From positions 123,967-187,966 of the forward strand of contig CANDIF010000002.1 in NCBI GenBank assembly GCA_947384775.1: a stretch of 64,000 bases of DNA, written 5' to 3'. Below are positions 18,575-28,729 of this stretch, piece by piece. The notes beneath the pieces were generated by a model. The model was not told the DNA's origin, ran no database searches, and saw only the letters and a program-made list of their open reading frames with translations. The DNA is from an uncultured Clostridium sp. GTDB taxonomy: Bacteria > Bacillota > Clostridia > TANB77 > CAG-508. Numbering within the stretch: the stretch's first letter is position 1; each line of letters starts with the position of its first letter. The translations under genes were made by a program, and so were the position numbers.

Positions 18575-20626
18575 CTATTTTTCATAAATTATTCTAAATA
18601 TTTCTGATACACTACAAGCCTTTGCTATTGCACCATTTGGTAAATTTGGAATTTTAGAATCATATATCTCTGATATATTCCCTATTGTCCCTCGTTCTAA
18701 TAATTCTTTTTCAAATGTTTTTTTCGTTTTATCTTTAAATTCTTGTATTTTATTTTGTAATTCTTTTTGCTTTGTTTTGTCTTCTTCTGCTTTTTCCATA
18801 TTTTTTAAAGAATCATAATATAGTCCCAATAACCAGACCCATGTTATACCCTGATGATAGCTTGAATCTCTCCTAAAGCTATTTCCTTCGTATGTATCTA
18901 TATATCCTTTTTCGCCCTTTGCTAGTGTTTTTAGTCCGTATTTATTTAGCAATTTTTTCTCTATTGTTTCTACTATATTTCTAGCAGTCTCTGAATTTGG
19001 ATTTATTACTGGATTGCTTAAAGATAGTGCAAATAGTTGGTTTGGTCTTGTCTTAGTATCTCCTAAAACATCATATAAACTTTTTTTCTTAGTATTGTAA
19101 AATTTTTGAGTAAATGATTCTTTGCATTTAGTAGCCATTTCTATATATTTTTGAGTATTTTTCTTATCTCCGAATTTTTTACTTAATGTTTCCATTATTC
19201 TCAATGCATTATACCATAAACTATTTATTTCTACAGTTTTTCCATTTCTTGGTGTAAAATATGTATTGGCATATTTTGAATTCATCCATGTATTTTGCAC
19301 ATTTTCTGTCCCTGAAGATATTAATCCATCTTTATCAAGGAATATATTATTACCTTCATAATCTATTCCATCTGTATAATTTTCTATTATTGATTTTAAT
19401 TTCTTATATATTTTCTTTTCTATAAATTCATAATCTTCTGTATATTTTAAATATTTATTTACTTGTTCAAATAGTAGCAGTGATGCATCTGCACTATTAT
19501 ATATTGGTTTGTCTGTATATTCATCATATCCATTTGGAACTAATCCTAATTTTAAATCTTTCACACTTGTTAATAAAATATCTTGTGCATATGTAATTCT
19601 ATTTGTTAATAATAAAAGTCCTTCAAATGAAATTAGTGCATCTCTCATTTTATCTGTAAACCATGGATATCCTGCAATAATTGTATGATATCCTGATGAT
19701 TGTCTATATACTATAAAATTATCTATTGCTGAAATAAAATATTTTAAAATTTTATCTTCTTCTACTTTTTCTACTTTTTTCGTAGTTTTCTTCTTTTCTT
19801 TAATTTTAAGATTCTCTAGCTTTTCATTTAATCTCATTATTTCTTTATTTATAACAGTTTTCGGATTGAAATTTTCTGTATCTTCTTCTAAAGAGCATAC
19901 AAATCCTATTTCTTTTTCACTATTTTCTTTTATTTCTATTTCATATCTGCCTGGTACAAAAAGATCTTCTTCTGGGAAAAATCCTCTTTTTTCTTCTTCA
20001 ATATAATACATATTTTTAAAAATATCATTTTCATGTTTTATATATTTCCCATGTGATATATCAAAATATATTGGATTATTAGCATTTTCATCTAGTTCTA
20101 CTTTTACTTTTCTATCTCTAATCTCTTGTTTTACATTAAAGTTATGATTTGTATTCATTGCATGAAAATCTCTAAAGTTTAAAACTGGAGTTATTGTTAA
20201 TTTTGCATTTGCTCCATTATTTTCTATATGATATAATACACATACTATATTTCTTCCATGCTTCATACATATTGATTTTGTTATAGTTACATCCGCCACC
20301 TTATATGTAAAAATTGGTATATACTCTTTTTCAAATTTTTCTAAATATTTGTATCCATCTGATATATAATTTTTACACATATTAGAGTATAGATTGTATC
20401 TTTTTCCATCTATTTCTATGCTTTCATCTAACTTAGATAATATTAAAAATCTTCTTGCTGGAGGTGTGAGTGGTGCTACTAATAGTCCATGATATTTCCT
20501 TGTATTCATTCCAATTACTGTTGAAGAACTATATCCTCCTATACCATTTGTTATAATCCATTCTCTAGTTATTCCATCTTTTAAATCTAGTTGTTTTTTA
20601 TCTAATATCATTTGTATTTCCTCCAT
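18575..20626 (-). CDS. Glycogen debranching enzyme / amylo-alpha-1,6-glucosidase family protein
   Basis: 683 aa. An N-terminal GDE_N-like region is followed by a six-hairpin glycosidase domain (…GYHTIIAGYPWFTDKMRDALISFEGLLL…). Confidence 0.65.
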   Translation of the reverse strand: MEEIQMILDKKQLDLKDGITREWIITNGIGGYSSSTVIGMNTRKYHGLLVAPLTPPARRFLILSKLDESIEIDGKRYNLYSNMCKNYISDGYKYLEKFEKEYIPIFTYKVADVTITKSICMKHGRNIVCVLYHIENNGANAKLTITPVLNFRDFHAMNTNHNFNVKQEIRDRKVKVELDENANNPIYFDISHGKYIKHENDIFKNMYYIEEEKRGFFPEEDLFVPGRYEIEIKENSEKEIGFVCSLEEDTENFNPKTVINKEIMRLNEKLENLKIKEKKKTTKKVEKVEEDKILKYFISAIDNFIVYRQSSGYHTIIAGYPWFTDKMRDALISFEGLLLLTNRITYAQDILLTSVKDLKLGLVPNGYDEYTDKPIYNSADASLLLFEQVNKYLKYTEDYEFIEKKIYKKLKSIIENYTDGIDYEGNNIFLDKDGLISSGTENVQNTWMNSKYANTYFTPRNGKTVEINSLWYNALRIMETLSKKFGDKKNTQKYIEMATKCKESFTQKFYNTKKKSLYDVLGDTKTRPNQLFALSLSNPVINPNSETARNIVETIEKKLLNKYGLKTLAKGEKGYIDTYEGNSFRRDSSYHQGITWVWLLGLYYDSLKNMEKAEEDKTKQKELQNKIQEFKDKTKKTFEKELLERGTIGNISEIYDSKIPNLPNGAIAKACSVSEIFRIIYEK

Positions 20627-20644
20627 TTTTAATTTTATCTGTTG

Positions 20645-22456
20645 TTATTTTTTTGTTGTTTTCTTTGTCCCTGTTGAAGATTTCTTTGTTGCAGTTGTTT
20701 TCTTTGATGCAGTTTTCTTACTTTCACTATGTTTACTAGTTTTTTTATTACTCTTTACTGGTTGTTTAATTTCTTCTATATTTGCACTAGTTTTATTTGT
20801 TGAATTTGATACTGTTTGTTTTTGTGTAGTACTCTTCTTTTTAGGCGCTTGCTTTGAAGCTGTCACTTTATTTTGCAACTGATTATAAATTTCCATTTCT
20901 TTACTTATTCCATTTGGTTCTTCTTTAATTGGTATTCTTTGTTCTATCTTGTTCTTAGTTTTTTTAGCTTGTATTTTTTCTGCCTTCTTTGCTGCTTTTT
21001 TTTCTTTATTTTCTCTTTTTATTTTTTCTTCTCTTTTTCTATTTCTTTCTGTATTTTCTTCACTTTCTTTTATTGATAATATTCTATCTTTATATTTATT
21101 GCTAAATTTACTCTTTAATTTATATCTTGGTTTTTTCACTTTTACATGTTGTTTTTTTCTTTCTTTTACTTTTTTCTTAGTTTCTTTTAATTTTTGGTTT
21201 AATAAAGCAAATTGTTCATCTTTTTGTCTATCTTTAAATTTCAATTCATTAACAATTAAATCTATTATCACTCTTGCTGTTAAATCACTATCATGTCTTA
21301 TGTATTCTCCTTCAACTGTTGATACATCTGCTCTAATTATTTTTACTCCTTTAATATTTTGTTTATCTAAATCTACCAAATTTGCACCCATATTTATGTA
21401 TTTTCTTAATATCTCTGGTATTATATCTCCATTATCACATACACAATAGTTTATAATTCCTTTTCCTGCATGTTCTGTAATAGCATTTATATGATCTGAT
21501 ACTGCATAATCATCTGTATGACCTGGCTCAGTCATTATATTTGATATATATATTTTAAATGCTTTTGTCTCTCTAATAGTTTTTGCTACATTTCTTATTA
21601 ATAAATTTGGAATTACACCTGTGTATAATTCTCCAGGTCCCATTACTATTGCATCTGCTGATTGTATAGCTTCTATTACTCCTGGAGCTACTCTGCAATT
21701 CGTAGGATTTATATATACTCTATTTATTTGTGTTGCTTTGTTTGAAGTTATCTCTGCTATTTTTTCTCTATCTTCAATAACTGTACCATCTTCTAATTCT
21801 ACGCAAATTTTCATTTCATCTAATGTTACTGGTAATACTTTACCTGTTATTGCTAATAAACTATTGCTTTTTTCTACTCCTACATTCAAGTTCTTATTTG
21901 CTTTTTCTATAACTGATAAATAGATATCTCCAAATTTTGTATTTCCCATTTGACAATCAAGTAATGTTTTCATTTCTTCTTCATTTTTAGCTAATGCAAC
22001 CAAGCTACTTCTCATATCATCTGTAGGTCTTCTCTTATTTTCGTTTCCATATGATGATACTGTTACTATCGCAGTCAAATTGTTTGTATAATTTTTTAAT
22101 CCTTTAAGTACTCTTGTTAATCCTATTCCTCCACCTATAACAACAATGTTAGGTCCTTTATCTTTCAAATCAAGTGATTTTTCTTCTGCTACATCATCTG
22201 AAACAGCAGAATCTAATAATCTCTTTTGCATAAAAGCTACACCCAATATAAAACATACAAATCCTGCTACGAATGTTGCTACGATTTTTATAATATCTGC
22301 AACTTCTAATCTTTCTAGTACTATTACTTGGGCAAAACCATAACATGCAAGTACCATTCCTATAATTGCTAAGCCCAGCCAAAATGCTATTTTTAACCTT
22401 CTTTTTAGTTTTCTTAAAAATTTCTTCATATCTTTAAGTCCTCTCCTATTCTCCAA
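20645..22456 (-). CDS. YvcK/CofD-family (gluconeogenesis factor, UPF0052) protein with an N-terminal TM segment and a lysine-rich C-terminal tail of about 200 aa
   Basis: Core NIVVIGGGIGLTRVLKGLK...LTAIVTVSS aligns to YvcK. The canonical DDGGSSG stretch is replaced by SYGNENK. The C-terminal K/E/T low-complexity extension is atypical for the family. Confidence 0.6.
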   Translation of the reverse strand: MENRRGLKDMKKFLRKLKRRLKIAFWLGLAIIGMVLACYGFAQVIVLERLEVADIIKIVATFVAGFVCFILGVAFMQKRLLDSAVSDDVAEEKSLDLKDKGPNIVVIGGGIGLTRVLKGLKNYTNNLTAIVTVSSYGNENKRRPTDDMRSSLVALAKNEEEMKTLLDCQMGNTKFGDIYLSVIEKANKNLNVGVEKSNSLLAITGKVLPVTLDEMKICVELEDGTVIEDREKIAEITSNKATQINRVYINPTNCRVAPGVIEAIQSADAIVMGPGELYTGVIPNLLIRNVAKTIRETKAFKIYISNIMTEPGHTDDYAVSDHINAITEHAGKGIINYCVCDNGDIIPEILRKYINMGANLVDLDKQNIKGVKIIRADVSTVEGEYIRHDSDLTARVIIDLIVNELKFKDRQKDEQFALLNQKLKETKKKVKERKKQHVKVKKPRYKLKSKFSNKYKDRILSIKESEENTERNRKREEKIKRENKEKKAAKKAEKIQAKKTKNKIEQRIPIKEEPNGISKEMEIYNQLQNKVTASKQAPKKKSTTQKQTVSNSTNKTSANIEEIKQPVKSNKKTSKHSESKKTASKKTTATKKSSTGTKKTTKK

Positions 22457-23351
22457 TTATTTTAATTTCTGTTTCTATTTTTATTTTATATTTTTCATAT
22501 ATTATTTTCTTAATGTACTCTATTAAATCTATTACATCTTTTGCTGTTGCCTCTCCTTTATTGACAATAAATCCTGCATGTTTTTCTGAAACATAAGCAT
22601 CCCTAATATTATACCCCTTTAATCCACATTTGTCTATAGCCTCTGCAGTTATAAATCCATTTTCTCTTTTAAATATACTTCCTGCATTTGGATATTCTAT
22701 AGGTTGACTTTTTTTTCTTTTCTCTGAATTTTGTTTCATTCTTGCTTCGATATTCTCTTTTATATCTTCTTTTAATTTTAGTTTTGAATTTAATATGATG
22801 AAATTGTTATCTTTAAAAATACTATTTCGATATTCAAAATTATGTTCTTTATTAGCTATTGTATGTATATTTAAATTGTTATCAATGTACGTTGTAGATA
22901 CTACAATATCTTTAAACTCTCCACCATATGCTCCTGCATTCATGGTAATTGCTCCACCTACTGTACCAGGTATTCCTGATGCAAATTCTAATCCTGTTAA
23001 TGAATTTTCACATGCTGTTTTTGACAACTTTGATAATAACGTTCCTGCTCCAACCTCTATTTCCGTAGCATTTACAGTTACATCTTCTATCCTAATTTGT
23101 AAAACAATTCCTCTTATTCCTTTATCTCTTACTAACAAATTAGTTCCATTTCCAATCACTGTCACTGGAATATTTTCTTCTTTTGCAATTCTTAAAACGT
23201 ATTTTAACTCTTCTATATTTTTTATTTTTATAAATATGTCTGCAGGTCCACCTATTTTTATAGATGTATGTTTAGACATATCTTCATTTAACTTTATATT
23301 CTCTTTTGGTATCTTTGTTAATAATTTGTTATACACTTCTTCCATAATCAC
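22446..23351 (-). CDS. murB: UDP-N-acetylenolpyruvoylglucosamine reductase MurB
   Basis: FAD-binding domain (IGGPADIFIKI...VIGNGTNLLV) and MurB C-terminal domain. Confidence 0.85.
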   Translation of the reverse strand: MIMEEVYNKLLTKIPKENIKLNEDMSKHTSIKIGGPADIFIKIKNIEELKYVLRIAKEENIPVTVIGNGTNLLVRDKGIRGIVLQIRIEDVTVNATEIEVGAGTLLSKLSKTACENSLTGLEFASGIPGTVGGAITMNAGAYGGEFKDIVVSTTYIDNNLNIHTIANKEHNFEYRNSIFKDNNFIILNSKLKLKEDIKENIEARMKQNSEKRKKSQPIEYPNAGSIFKRENGFITAEAIDKCGLKGYNIRDAYVSEKHAGFIVNKGEATAKDVIDLIEYIKKIIYEKYKIKIETEIKIIGE

Positions 23352-23427
23352 ATTCCTTTTCTAAATAACTCATTATTAATGTATATTCAAACATATTAGA
23401 TTTTACCATTTTTTTTACAAAAAGTAA

Positions 23428-23448
23428 AGCAGGAACAGTTTTTAGCTG
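23428..23448. terminator. Hairpin terminator ggaacag-ttttta-gctgttcc downstream of the ATP-grasp gene
   Basis: Perfect 7-bp GC-containing stem with flanking T-runs. Confidence 0.45.
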
Positions 23449-23459
23449 TTCCCCTATTT

Positions 23460-24458
23460 TTATATATTTAAAAACTTTGGCATCATACCTATTTTATCTG
23501 GTGTATGCTCTGGTAATTGGTAAATGTCATGTCCTGGGAATTCATTTGCCTCTACAAATAATGGTCCATCTGGAGTAAATCCTACGTCCCAGCCCACATA
23601 TGCCATTTGTGGAACTACTTTTGCAGCCTCTTTACACATCTCTAATGCTTCGTTCCAATATGGGAATTTGAATCCTTTTATTGGTGTACCTGTTGCAGGG
23701 TGATTCTCATAAAGTATTTTATTTTTATCTATTGCTCTATCTTGTACTATTCCTGTTTCTACATCAATTGGTGCAACCATTCCGCCACTATTAAAGTTAT
23801 CTACAAATTTTCCATTTCCAATTCTAAAATATGCACATATTACATGTGGCACATTGTCTTTTAATATTGTAACTACTCTTACTGTATTTATCGCACCTGG
23901 ATAAATTTTACTTACTTCTTCATTTTGTTTTATAACTTCTTCTAATTCAAAATTTGCATTTGATGTATTTAGGTAATTATATAATTCTTCAGTTGAATTG
24001 TAATCTGAAACGTTTATTTTTTCTATCCCTTTGCCACATCCACCATCTATTGGTTTTGCCATAAATATGCTATGTTTCTCTATAAAGTTTAATACCTTTT
24101 CCTTGTCTGTTCCTTTTACTTTTACCCAATCTCTTTTTATATATTTATCAAATTTTTCATTGAATTCATCTTTATTTTCAAATATATGAAAATATGCTTT
24201 ATTATTATATTTTGATATTAATGCGTTATTTCTTCCTCTTGTAATATAAGTGTCTCTTTGTTCATCTGTAAGATTATACATCTCAAATAAATCATAATCC
24301 ATATATCCCGCACCATATCGCTTTGCACATTTTGTCATATCTAAAAATATTGATATTCTATTTTTGTTAGTTTTTTCATGAACTGTATTTACTTTATCAA
24401 ACATTGCCTTGTAATCCATTTTTGATAATCTACTTAAGATATATTTTATATTTCCCAT
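23460..24458 (-). CDS. ATP-grasp protein, TupA-like (sugar-transfer-associated ATP-grasp)
   Basis: 332 aa. A C-terminal ATP-grasp core (GGCGKGI...VRVVT...FNSGGMV) typical of the TupA-like family. Confidence 0.5.
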   Translation of the reverse strand: MGNIKYILSRLSKMDYKAMFDKVNTVHEKTNKNRISIFLDMTKCAKRYGAGYMDYDLFEMYNLTDEQRDTYITRGRNNALISKYNNKAYFHIFENKDEFNEKFDKYIKRDWVKVKGTDKEKVLNFIEKHSIFMAKPIDGGCGKGIEKINVSDYNSTEELYNYLNTSNANFELEEVIKQNEEVSKIYPGAINTVRVVTILKDNVPHVICAYFRIGNGKFVDNFNSGGMVAPIDVETGIVQDRAIDKNKILYENHPATGTPIKGFKFPYWNEALEMCKEAAKVVPQMAYVGWDVGFTPDGPLFVEANEFPGHDIYQLPEHTPDKIGMMPKFLNI

Positions 24459-24489
24459 ATCTTATTTTCTCCTCCTATTTGCTACAACC

Positions 24490-24572
24490 AATCCGCTCCA
24501 TTTTACTGGATGTTTTAATTTTTCGTTTTGTCAGGACATGTACAGATAAATCAAAACATTCACATAGAGCTA
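24490..24572 (-). repeat. Palindromic intergenic repeat, copy 3 (reverse orientation, type C core). It lies 31 nt upstream of the ATP-grasp gene start.
   Basis: aatccgctccattttactggatgtttt...aaaacattcacatagagct. Confidence 0.8.
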
Positions 24573-24593
24573 GTTTGCAATTAATAAAAATAT

Positions 24594-25304
24594 TTACTCT
24601 TTTCTCTTCATATCCTTATATTCTGCTAATCGTTTTTCATATGCTTCCATTGTATCTTTTTCATACGCAATTTCTGCATTTTCTACCTTTAGTATATTGT
24701 GCAAATAATATTTCGTAAATAATGGATTTAGCGGTAATAACGGACCTAAAATGCTTGTACCTATGAAATTTTTAATCTTTATTCCTTCTAGCTTACTGTT
24801 TCTATTTAAACCTGCTCCTCTAATTGCTTTTGAAAAAAATATATCAGAGTTGTTTCCATATTGATGTGCAAATTGATCTTTAAATCCAACTAATTCAATA
24901 CCTTCAAACTCTCCTAAAAAAATTGAATTATACCTGTTAAACATTTCTCTTTTTGAATATATATCAATTATTCCTAATCCTTCTATTTGACTTTTATCTT
25001 CATTTTCAATATATCTACCAAATATTTCAAAACTATTTCCTGTTAATAAAAATGCTTTTTCTAAATCGATTTGCTCTTTTATAGTTTCTGTATATGGCAT
25101 CAATTTTTTTATTATCTTTTCTTGCACTTTTTCTGTCATTGAACCCATATATACTAAGTCTACATCACCTTTAATAAATTGTGGTTCTTCATTTAAGCTG
25201 GTTTCTATGAATTCTGCCTCTGGCAAACATTTTTTTAAATAAATTATGTTTCCGTAATCTCCATATATGTTACAAAATTCTGGAAATAAAATCTCTATTT
25301 TCAT
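24594..25304 (-). CDS. gatD: Lipid II isoglutaminyl synthase glutaminase subunit GatD-like (CobB/CobQ-type GATase)
   Basis: 236 aa type-1 glutamine-amidotransferase-like protein lying immediately downstream of murT. The gene order murT-gatD is conserved in Firmicutes. Confidence 0.6.
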   Translation of the reverse strand: MKIEILFPEFCNIYGDYGNIIYLKKCLPEAEFIETSLNEEPQFIKGDVDLVYMGSMTEKVQEKIIKKLMPYTETIKEQIDLEKAFLLTGNSFEIFGRYIENEDKSQIEGLGIIDIYSKREMFNRYNSIFLGEFEGIELVGFKDQFAHQYGNNSDIFFSKAIRGAGLNRNSKLEGIKIKNFIGTSILGPLLPLNPLFTKYYLHNILKVENAEIAYEKDTMEAYEKRLAEYKDMKRKE

Positions 25305-25349
25305 TTATACAATCCTTCCTGATATAAAATTTCCAAATTATTACTTTAA

Positions 25350-25435
25350 TTTCCGCTCCATCTTACTGAATGTTGGATATTTTCATTTTTGTGCAGTTGC
25401 TCAAAAATGAAAAGTACAACATTCACATGGAGCTA
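25350..25435 (-). repeat. Palindromic intergenic repeat, copy 4 (reverse orientation, type B core). It lies between murT and gatD.
   Basis: tccgctccatcttactgaatgttgg...acaacattcacatggagct. Confidence 0.8.
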
Positions 25436-25465
25436 TTTTATACAAATTTTAAATATCACTATTTT

Positions 25466-26818
25466 TTAATTGTTTCTCAATAATTCTTTTAATTTTGATG
25501 CTACGTCGAATTTGTAAATGTCGTGTAAAATGAATATTGTTTCCACATTTTCTTGGTTTATAAGATTTACTGTTTTTAGTTCATCTTCGATTTTTGACAA
25601 TTTTTCTTCTGGTACCCCTGCAAGTAAGAGTCTTAAATAATAATCGTTTGCTCTTACTCCTCCTATTATTATTTGTTTTATGCTTTCATCATTAAGAAGT
25701 TCAAAGTCAGCATCATATAACCAGGTTAAATTTTCTGATGAATTCTTTGCATCATCGCAGTCATCTATTATTAATATAACTGCTTTGTTTCCTTCTACTG
25801 ATTTTACATAGTCAAATACTCTTGATGCTGCAACTGGATTTTGACCTTTTGAAAGATGTGTTATAACTTTTTTATCATTGATAACTTCTTCTGATAAACG
25901 TGTTTCTACTATTTTTATTTTCTTAATTGAATTATTAATCTCCGTTGCTGATAATCCTATTACTCTTAATATAGATATTGCTGCTAATTCGTTATATATA
26001 TTGAAAATACTGTCTGATAGCATATTGTATTTATAGCTTTTTACATCTTCTTTGATTATAATTTCTTTACGTTCTTTATCTATGTTTCTTACTAGAAAAT
26101 TGCTTTCTGGAGATTTGAAATCACAATTTGGGCAATATGCTTTTCCTAAGTGATGATATCTTGCATATTCATATTTTAATTTTGTATCACATACTGGACA
26201 TGTTTTTATATCTTTAATAATATTTGTTGTCTCTTCTACATCTGTATCTAGCTTATCTATTCCAAAATATATATGTTGATTTTGCTTTCCTATACTACAA
26301 GAAATCAAATCATCTGCATTTGCTAAAACTACTGTTTCTTCTGGCAAAGCTGAATTTATAATATCTACTATATAATCTGTATGAGCATTTCTTTTTATTG
26401 AATCTCTAAATAAATTTGTACATACTAAATAATCTGGTTTAATGTATTTATATATTAATATTGAACTTCTTTCATCAACCTCAAAAACTGCTAAATCTTT
26501 TTTTGTCTTATTTATCAAACTTGCATGTTCTATTAAACTACTAGCAATTCCTGAATTTATATTTGATCCTAATCTATTGTTTAAAACATTATATCCATTA
26601 TCTATCAATATATCATTTATCATATTACATACTGTTGTTTTACCATTCGTTCCAGTTACTGCAATTATTTTTGTTGGTCTATCAATATATTTTAAAAATT
26701 GTGGGCATATTTTTATTGCAACTTTTCCAGGAAAATATGTTGCATTTCTTTTTAATAATCTTAAAAATGCTTGTCCTATTTTTGCCACATAAAATGCTAT
26801 CCAAAATCTAAATTTCAT
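25466..26818 (-). CDS. murT: Lipid II isoglutaminyl synthase subunit MurT (Mur-ligase family with a zinc ribbon and DUF1727)
   Basis: Mur ligase P-loop VTGTNGKTT and a Cys4 ribbon (CPVCDTKLKYEY...CPNCDF). Confidence 0.75.
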   Translation of the reverse strand: MKFRFWIAFYVAKIGQAFLRLLKRNATYFPGKVAIKICPQFLKYIDRPTKIIAVTGTNGKTTVCNMINDILIDNGYNVLNNRLGSNINSGIASSLIEHASLINKTKKDLAVFEVDERSSILIYKYIKPDYLVCTNLFRDSIKRNAHTDYIVDIINSALPEETVVLANADDLISCSIGKQNQHIYFGIDKLDTDVEETTNIIKDIKTCPVCDTKLKYEYARYHHLGKAYCPNCDFKSPESNFLVRNIDKERKEIIIKEDVKSYKYNMLSDSIFNIYNELAAISILRVIGLSATEINNSIKKIKIVETRLSEEVINDKKVITHLSKGQNPVAASRVFDYVKSVEGNKAVILIIDDCDDAKNSSENLTWLYDADFELLNDESIKQIIIGGVRANDYYLRLLLAGVPEEKLSKIEDELKTVNLINQENVETIFILHDIYKFDVASKLKELLRNN

Positions 26819-26862
26819 TCCTAGCCTCCTCTTTTTAGATGTTTAATTTTATTTTGATATTT

Positions 26863-26950
26863 AGCTCCACGTGGATGTTCATTTTTAAATTTTTAAGCAA
26901 CTGTATTAAAAATTTAAAAATCGAACATCCAGCAAGATGGAGCGGATTTT
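26863..26950 (+). repeat. Palindromic intergenic repeat, copy 5 (type A core, closest to consensus). It lies 45 nt upstream of the murT start.
   Basis: agctccacgtggatgttcatttttaaatttttaagcaactgtattaaaaatttaaaaatcgaacatccagcaagatggagcggatttt. Confidence 0.85.
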
Positions 26951-26963
26951 ATACTCCATGCAA

Positions 26964-28055
26964 TTACACATTAAATCTGAAAAGTACTATGTCTCCGTCC
27001 TGCATAATATACTCTTTGCCTTCTGAGCGAACCAATCCTTTTTCTTTTGCTGTAACCATTGAACCTTCTCTCATTAAATCATCATATGAAACTATTTCTG
27101 CTTTTATAAATCCCCTTTGAATATCTGAATGTATCTTTCCTGCTGCTTCTGGTGCCTTAGTTCCTTTTTTTATTGTCCATGCTCTTACTTCTGGTTCACC
27201 TGCTGTTAAGAATGACATTAGCCCTAATAAATCATAACTTTCTCTTATTACTGTATCTAATCCTGATTCTTTTAATCCTAATGCTTCTAGCATTTCTTGT
27301 TTGTCTGAATCATCTAATGTGCTTAATTCCTCTTCTATTTTTGCACAAAGTGGGATGCACTTTGTATGCTCTTGTTTAGCTAATTCTCTTACTTTGTTTA
27401 TATTTTCGTCATTATCTGTGTTTGATAATTGATCTTCATTTACATTTGCAATATATATTATTGGTTTTGATGTAAGTAAAAATAAGTCTTTTAGCATATC
27501 TTTTTCTTCATCTGTTAGTTCCACACTTCTTGCAGATTTTCCTTGTTCTAAAGCTTCTGATAATTTGTCCAAAGCATCTAATTCTGCTTGATATTTTTTA
27601 TCTGCTTTTAACATTTTTATTGTTTTATCTTTTCTTTTTTGTACTGTTTCAATATCTGCAAATATTAGTTCTAAGTTTATTGTTTCGATATCTCTTAGTG
27701 GATTAATATTCCCATCAACATGTACAATATTACTATCTTCAAAACATCTTACAACTTCACATATTGCATCTACTTCTCTTATATGTGAAAGGAATTTATT
27801 TCCTAAGCCTTCTCCTTTACTTGCCCCTTTTACCAATCCTGCAATATCAACAAATTCAATTACTGCATGTGTTACTTTTTCTGGGTTGTATAGTTTTGCT
27901 AGATTATCTAATCTTTCATCTGGAACTGCCACCATTCCAACATTTGGTTCTATTGTACAAAAAGGATAGTTTGCACATTCTGCTCCTGCTTTTGTTATAC
28001 TATTAAACATTGTACTTTTACCTACATTTGGTAATCCTACTATACCTATTTTCAT
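26964..28055 (-). CDS. ychF: Ribosome-binding ATPase YchF
   Basis: MKIGIVGLPNVGKSTMFN, an Obg-like G domain and a C-terminal TGS domain. Confidence 0.9.
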   Translation of the reverse strand: MKIGIVGLPNVGKSTMFNSITKAGAECANYPFCTIEPNVGMVAVPDERLDNLAKLYNPEKVTHAVIEFVDIAGLVKGASKGEGLGNKFLSHIREVDAICEVVRCFEDSNIVHVDGNINPLRDIETINLELIFADIETVQKRKDKTIKMLKADKKYQAELDALDKLSEALEQGKSARSVELTDEEKDMLKDLFLLTSKPIIYIANVNEDQLSNTDNDENINKVRELAKQEHTKCIPLCAKIEEELSTLDDSDKQEMLEALGLKESGLDTVIRESYDLLGLMSFLTAGEPEVRAWTIKKGTKAPEAAGKIHSDIQRGFIKAEIVSYDDLMREGSMVTAKEKGLVRSEGKEYIMQDGDIVLFRFNV

Positions 28056-28216
28056 TTATATCATTCCTTTTATTCATTTTATCTTCAACATTATATATCA
28101 TTTTTGTTAGTATTTCAATATTTTTATTTGTTTTCCTGTTGATTTAATGAAATATTATGGATTATAAAAATTAATAACTTTTTAAATTGGATTTTTTAAT
28201 TTAGATATTTTTAAGA

Positions 28217-28558
28217 TTAAATAAAATTTCGATAAAAAAAATTAAATATTTCTTTTTTATGAACTTCAAAAAATAAATTAGAATTTTGCTTTCCACTAAT
28301 TATGTATCTTATAAAAACTGTATTAAGCTTTTCTGAAGCAACGTAAATTATTCGATAGTTCTCACAGATTCGTTCTCGGTAATATTTGTTTGGTATCTCA
28401 TGGACATATCTTCCAATATATGGTGCATATTTTATTAAATCAATCAATTTATATATATTGTTTATAACCCTATTTGCATAATTATCAGAAATCTTTGATG
28501 TAAACTCTGTAATATCTTCTATATTACCTTGAGCCTTATCCGATATTGAGATTTTCAT
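28217..28558 (-). CDS. Type II toxin-antitoxin system toxin, ParE/RelE family
   Basis: 113 aa with a ParE-like pattern (...LIDLIKYAPYIGRYV...ENYRIIYVASEKLNTVFIRYI...). It overlaps the upstream small gene by 23 nt. Confidence 0.6.
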   Translation of the reverse strand: MKISISDKAQGNIEDITEFTSKISDNYANRVINNIYKLIDLIKYAPYIGRYVHEIPNKYYRERICENYRIIYVASEKLNTVFIRYIISGKQNSNLFFEVHKKEIFNFFYRNFI

Positions 28559-28727
28559 ATTTTCGCATTAAGTCCTCTTTTGACTCTTCTAATGTACATA
28601 CTCTACCATTTTTTATATTTTCTTCGCTTTCCTCTAACATCATGAAAAAAACTAAGTTATATATAAAATCGTATAATGTATTTTCTTCTGTTTCCACTTC
28701 ATTTAAAGTTCTTTTTATAAATTCCAT
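28536..28727 (-). CDS. Putative cognate antitoxin (small acidic protein)
   Basis: 63 aa acidic protein translationally coupled to the toxin. Its ...NGRVCTLEESKEDL... C-terminus resembles antitoxin C-termini. The family assignment is uncertain. Confidence 0.45.
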   Translation of the reverse strand: MEFIKRTLNEVETEENTLYDFIYNLVFFMMLEESEENIKNGRVCTLEESKEDLMRKYENLNIG

Positions 28728-28729
28728 TT

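Noticed and set aside
24404-24718. 104-aa plus-strand ORF spanning repeat copy 3 and the gatD 3' end
   Set aside because: It is a read-through of the palindromic repeat and is antisense to gatD. It is spurious.
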